From positions 12,585 through 76,584 of the forward strand of contig CAWDPZ010000050.1 of the NCBI GenBank assembly GCA_963804265.1: a stretch of DNA of 64,000 nucleotides, given 5' to 3'. Shown piece by piece: positions 59,765-64,000 of the stretch. Numbering within the stretch: position 1 is the first letter of the stretch; each line of letters opens with the position of its first letter. Origin of the DNA: an uncultured Acidimicrobiaceae bacterium. Lineage in GTDB: Bacteria > Actinomycetota > Acidimicrobiia > Acidimicrobiales > Bog-793. Below the pieces are notes generated by a model. The model was not told where the DNA came from, did no database searches, and saw only the letters and a list, made by a program, of their open reading frames with translations. Position numbers and translations under genes: made by a program.

Positions 59765-60797
59765 CTACTGGGGAACCGTGATGTTCCCGAGGGTGATCTG
59801 GCTGATCATCTTCAGTCCGGCAGCCTTCACGGAGGCGGCGAGGTTGTACTTCGTGTTGAACGAGATCCGCTCGCCGCCGTTGCCGAGGCCGATCACGTAG
59901 GTGGCCCCGCCGTAGGTCTTGGCGCGAATGGCGGTGATCATCTGCTTGAGGATCGGCACCCAGTTGTAGACCTGGGAGGAGACGACGTTCCCCGGAGCGA
60001 TGGAAGCCTGGTTCCACTGCGTTCCGAACCAGGCCTTGTGGTCGGCCTTCGCGACGCCGATCGCACCGACGACAGATTGCGAGCTGCCCGTGAGCACGTC
60101 CGCGTGGTTGCTCACGAATGTCTTCGCGCAGCTGGCCATGAGGCTGTTGTCACTGAAAGAGCCGGTGTAGACGGCGTGCGAGGTGACCTTGAATTTGCCA
60201 CTTGCCGCAGCCGCCTTGGCGCCGGCGACAAAGCCGTCGACGTAGAGCTTCGCGTCACCGGTCTGGATCGGGCCACAGATGCCGAGCACCTTGGACTTGC
60301 TCATCAGAGCCGCCATGTAGCCCTGGACGTAGCCACCCTCGTTCGAAGCCGCCTCGTAGGCGAAGACGTTCTTCATGCCGAAGGTCGCTCCCGCTGTGCC
60401 CCAGGCAAATGAGACGTGCGGGTACTTGGGCGCCAAGCGACTCGATGATCGACCCGTACTGGCTGCCGTGGGCGATGATCAGGTTGTAGCCCTTGCTGGC
60501 GTACTCCTGGATGATGTTCGCCGCCTGGCTGACCACGTACTCGTTGGACGAGACGGAGATCTGCAGGTTCTCGGAGCCCTTCAGGCTCTCGACGGCCGCG
60601 TACATCGACTGCGTGAAGGCGAGGTCGTTCGTCGCGCTTGGAGCGATGAGCGCCACCTTCAGCGCGCTGACATGCGGCGTGACCGAGTGTGAGTGCACCG
60701 TCGTGGCCGAGGCCCCGCCCGCGAAGGCTGCGGTGCCGAGCGCGATGCCGGCCGCAGCAAGCACCAGTGCGCCCCTTCTCGCTAGGTTCATATGCAT
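59765..60797 (-). CDS. BMP-family ABC substrate-binding protein (frameshift ~60435)
   Basis: [49 protein letters not shown]. Confidence 0.88.
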
Positions 60798-60893
60798 TTG
60801 CTTCTCTCCCTTGCTAACTCGCTATTTGACTGCGATCTTCTCGGTTTCGAATCTCGGGACTGCATGGAGTTTCCGCCGATTCCTCTCGTTGCA

Positions 60894-61826
60894 TCACCCT
60901 CCTCTCTCGTAGGGTTTCCCGAGAGCTGCCGGCTGCCTGAAACGCCGGGCGACGGTCAAAAGAGCAAGCACCGTGATCACTGCCGGCGCGGTCGCTGCCA
61001 GGTCCGAAGCGCTGAGCGGGATGATCCCGAGCGACTTCCACTCGAGGACGACGGCAATCGCCAGTCCGTAGAGCACCGAACCGCCCATGACCCCGACCGG
61101 GCGCCAGGCTCCGAAGTAGACGAGGGCCACGGCGATGAACCCTTCGGCCTGGGTGAGGTTCTCCTGGAAGATGCCGTCGAACATCAAGAGCGCGGCTCCT
61201 GCCAGCCCGGCGAGGACGCAGCCGATCAGCACTGCCTCCCAGCGGATCCGGACGACGTTGACACCGACGCTGTCGGCGGCCGCCGGGTTCTCGCCCACGG
61301 CTCGGATCTTCATGCCGAAGGTCGTCCGGTTGAGGACGAAGGTCACGACGGGAACCAGCACGAAGGCGAGATAGACGAGGATCGTCTGCTTGAAGAACAT
61401 CCCGCCGACGGCGGGGATGCGGTCGAGCAACGGGATGTTGACCGGGTTGAGAGTGGCTATGGGCAGCGGAGTCCCGACGAGCTTTATGAACAACAAGTCG
61501 CTGAAGCCGAGCCCGAACAGATAGATGCCGATCCCGCTGATGCCCTGTTCGGCCTTCAAGGTGACGCTGATGAACGCCGTCACGACGCCCATCACCGCGC
61601 CCACGCCCATCCCGACGAGGATGGCGTAGAACAGGTTGCCGGTCCGAAGGGCCGTGAAGTAGGTGGCGAAAGCGGAAAGGAGCATGATCCCGTCGACGCC
61701 GAGGTTGATGACTCCGCTGCGCTGCCCCACGGTCTCGCCGAGGGCCGCAAGGAGGAAGGGGGCCGCCAGGCCGAAAGCGGTGGCCACCGTCGCTGTCAGG
61801 ACTGAATAGGTGAAGAAGTGGCTCAC
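60894..61826 (-). CDS. Nucleoside ABC transporter permease
   Basis: P.LLAALGE...RSGVINLG.DG.M, RAVGENP.AA...GVNV, GFIAVA...FG.W.P. Confidence 0.92.
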   Translation of the reverse strand: MSHFFTYSVLTATVATAFGLAAPFLLAALGETVGQRSGVINLGVDGIMLLSAFATYFTALRTGNLFYAILVGMGVGAVMGVVTAFISVTLKAEQGISGIGIYLFGLGFSDLLFIKLVGTPLPIATLNPVNIPLLDRIPAVGGMFFKQTILVYLAFVLVPVVTFVLNRTTFGMKIRAVGENPAAADSVGVNVVRIRWEAVLIGCVLAGLAGAALLMFDGIFQENLTQAEGFIAVALVYFGAWRPVGVMGGSVLYGLAIAVVLEWKSLGIIPLSASDLAATAPAVITVLALLTVARRFRQPAALGKPYERGG

Positions 61827-62983
61827 GGGTCACCCCGCTCCCCGGCGGCGACGAGGGGGGTCCGCGGCCCGGCGGCGGGGCTGAGCGAAGTGGCACGGCT
61901 GCGCCGCCGCATGTACTCGAGCGAGACGACGAAGACGACGACGAGGCCTTCGAGGGCGGTCACCATGTCCGCGGGTACGCCGGTCGCGACCTGCAGGGCG
62001 TCGCCTCCCACGATCATCCCGCCGAAGAGGAAGGCCGAGATGACCGACCAGAGGGGGTTGAGAGCCCCGAACAGGGCCACGACGATCCCGTTGAAGCCGT
62101 CCGAGCCGGTGAAGCCGGTGAGGCTGCCGTCGGTCACCATCCGGTGGGAGATGCTGCCGAAGACGAGCAGGGCCCCCCCGATCCCGCACATCGCCCCGCT
62201 TATCGTCATGGCGAGCGTCATCGTCCGCTTCACGGGCATGCCCGCGTAGCGGGAGGCGTCGCGCGACAGCCCGACCGCCTGGAGACGGAAGCCGAAGCTC
62301 GTCCGGTACAGCAGCACCCAGACTCCCACCGACACGAGCACGGCGACGAGGACGCCGAGGTGCAGCTGGGTGTTGGGCACGATGATGGGCAGCCACGAGT
62401 TGCGGGGAAGAAGCCTCGTCTCCGGGATCAGCCCGTAGGTCGAGTTCTGCGTCTTGTCGACCATCGGGCCGGCCAGGAGCCAGTTCATGACCTGGACGGC
62501 GACGAGGTTGAGCATGATCGTGCTGAGGATCTCGTTCACGTTGAAATACGCCTTGAACGCCCCGGGGATGGCTCCCCAGACGGCCCCGCCGGCAGCGCCC
62601 GCCAAGAGCACGAGGGGGATGAGCACGACGCTCGGCAAGTGGGGCAGCGCGAGCGCCGTCGCGGAGCCGGCCAAGCCACCCATGGCGAGCTGGCCCTCGC
62701 CGCCGATGTTGAAGACGTTGGCGCGGAAGGCGACGCAGATACCGACCGCGACGAGAAGCAGGGGGGCGGCCTGCACAGCCGTCGAGCCGAGGGCGTAGCT
62801 GCCGTCGAAGGCACCGACGATCATGGCGTTGTAGCCGTTGATGGGGTTGGCGCCGAGGACGAGCATCATGACCGCGCCGAGGAGCAGGGCCGCCACGAGA
62901 GACAGGGGAAGAGCGACCCAGCTCAGCACGAAGCGCCGCGGGTCTTTCCAGGCGCTCGCGGCCGCAGCGGAGACGCGACTCAT
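61823..62983 (-). CDS. Nucleoside ABC transporter permease
   Basis: FNIGGEGQ, NEILSTIMLN, A.RYAGM, GFNGIVVALFG..NP. Confidence 0.92.
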   Translation of the reverse strand: MSRVSAAAASAWKDPRRFVLSWVALPLSLVAALLLGAVMMLVLGANPINGYNAMIVGAFDGSYALGSTAVQAAPLLLVAVGICVAFRANVFNIGGEGQLAMGGLAGSATALALPHLPSVVLIPLVLLAGAAGGAVWGAIPGAFKAYFNVNEILSTIMLNLVAVQVMNWLLAGPMVDKTQNSTYGLIPETRLLPRNSWLPIIVPNTQLHLGVLVAVLVSVGVWVLLYRTSFGFRLQAVGLSRDASRYAGMPVKRTMTLAMTISGAMCGIGGALLVFGSISHRMVTDGSLTGFTGSDGFNGIVVALFGALNPLWSVISAFLFGGMIVGGDALQVATGVPADMVTALEGLVVVFVVSLEYMRRRSRATSLSPAAGPRTPLVAAGERGDP

Positions 62984-63255
62984 GCCGGGTCCTCGGCTGA
63001 ACCTGTCAACGAGGTGCCGCCTAAGCGGCGGCAGTCGCTCAGCGGCTCCATTCCCTCAGGGTAAGGAAAGGCCGCTCCGGCTTCTTAGGCCGAAAGTCCC
63101 TTTTAACGGATGATTCCGACCCGATGACGGGGCCGACATGAGCGCTGGGACCTCGCCTAACGGCAGCTCGCTGCCAACCCGGCGGCGGGGCCTAGATAGC
63201 CTGCCTCGCCGGGACCGGGGCCACCCGCCAGCAGTTGCGGCCGGCCGCCTTGGCG

Positions 63256-64000
63256 TCACAGAGAGCCTCGTCGGCCGCGGCGAGGAGCTGGTCGGAGGTC
63301 ATGCGCGCGGGGGTAGTCGAGCACGATGCCGACGCTCGCCCCGAGCTTCAGGGCCGGGGCGTCGCCGATCGAGATGGGCTCCGCGAGCCGCTCGACCACC
63401 CGGGCCGCGATCGCGATGACATGGGACTCACCGATGTCGCCTCCGCACAAGATGGCGAACTCGTCTCCGCCGACGCGGGCGAGATCGTCGGTCGGGCGCA
63501 CGATCGAGGACAACCGCCGGGCGATCACGCGCAGGGCCGAGTCCCCCGCGAGACGGCCGAGCCGGTCGTTGACCTCCTTGAACCCGTCGACGTCGATATA
63601 GAGGACGGCCGGGCACTCGCCGGCCCCGATCCGCGAGTCGAGGGCGTCGAAGAAGCTCCCCCGATTGCCGAGAGATGTGAGCAGGTCGAGGGAGCCCTCC
63701 TCGAGCGGGCGGTCCCCCGCGGAGCCGCGGGCCATCATCAGCGAGGCGAGCATGACGGCCCGGTCGACCGCCGCTCGCTCGTTGGGTCCCATCGGGCCGA
63801 GATCACGGCTCCAGGCGACAAGGCAGCCGGACGGCTCGTTCCCGCCCCGGGCCGGGATGGGAAGACACGTGACGGACCGGAACCCGGCGGCCGCCGCCCG
63901 GGTGCGCTCGGGCAGGCCCTCGAGCTCTGTGTAGGTGACGGAGGCATCGGGCCCCGCCGCCTGGTCCCACGGCCCCGGTGCCGGCGGCCCGGGCGCAGGC
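63256..64000 (-). CDS. Diguanylate cyclase (GGDEF), N-terminus outside window; likely 3' frameshift
   Basis: D.LT.LGNR, YIDVDGFKEVND..G...GD, RPTD (RxxD I-site) ..ARVGGDEF, GASVG. Confidence 0.9.
   Translation of the reverse strand, partial: PAPGPPAPGPWDQAAGPDASVTYTELEGLPERTRAAAAGFRSVTCLPIPARGGNEPSGCLVAWSRDLGPMGPNERAAVDRAVMLASLMMARGSAGDRPLEEGSLDLLTSLGNRGSFFDALDSRIGAGECPAVLYIDVDGFKEVNDRLGRLAGDSALRVIARRLSSIVRPTDDLARVGGDEFAILCGGDIGESHVIAIAARVVERLAEPISIGDAPALKLGASVGIVLDYPRAHDLRPAPRRGRRGSL

Noticed and set aside
55793-64000. Integrative element at tRNA-Arg
   Set aside because: No integrase or mobility gene and no duplicated tRNA 3' end noticed within the window; downstream genes are metabolic.

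Overview
This is a high-GC actinobacterial chromosome segment. Gene content and order fit an Acidimicrobiia-like organism (inference). It is almost entirely core housekeeping genes on the minus strand: ilvC-ilvN-ilvB-ilvD, gatBAC, a PASTA Ser/Thr kinase, ligA-mnmA-cysteine desulfurase, treS-maltokinase-glpX, murA-meaB, a complete F1Fo ATP synthase operon, glyA-rpiB-tsaC-prmC-prfA-rpmE-rho, thrC-hom-lysA-argS, tRNA-Arg(CCG), deoC, a BMP-family nucleoside ABC transporter and a GGDEF gene. More than 20 genes, many essential, are split by single-base frameshifts. I read these as long-read assembly indels, so coordinates span the reconstructed gene. No phage, integrase, transposase, CRISPR array or clear defence system is visible, and I cannot claim a wholly new multi-gene system. 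The most notable observations are: (1) a mycobacterial-type ATP synthase with two b subunits, an unfused b/delta pair and a c subunit with Met at the bedaquiline A63-equivalent site; (2) a leader-peptide attenuator upstream of ilvB; (3) an orphan PilZ-containing cellulose synthase where thrB normally sits; (4) a 2H-phosphoesterase-GNAT fusion; (5) pervasive leaderless promoter architecture; (6) two degenerate tandem-repeat tracts; and (7) candidate structured leaders upstream of rho and the nucleoside transporter.
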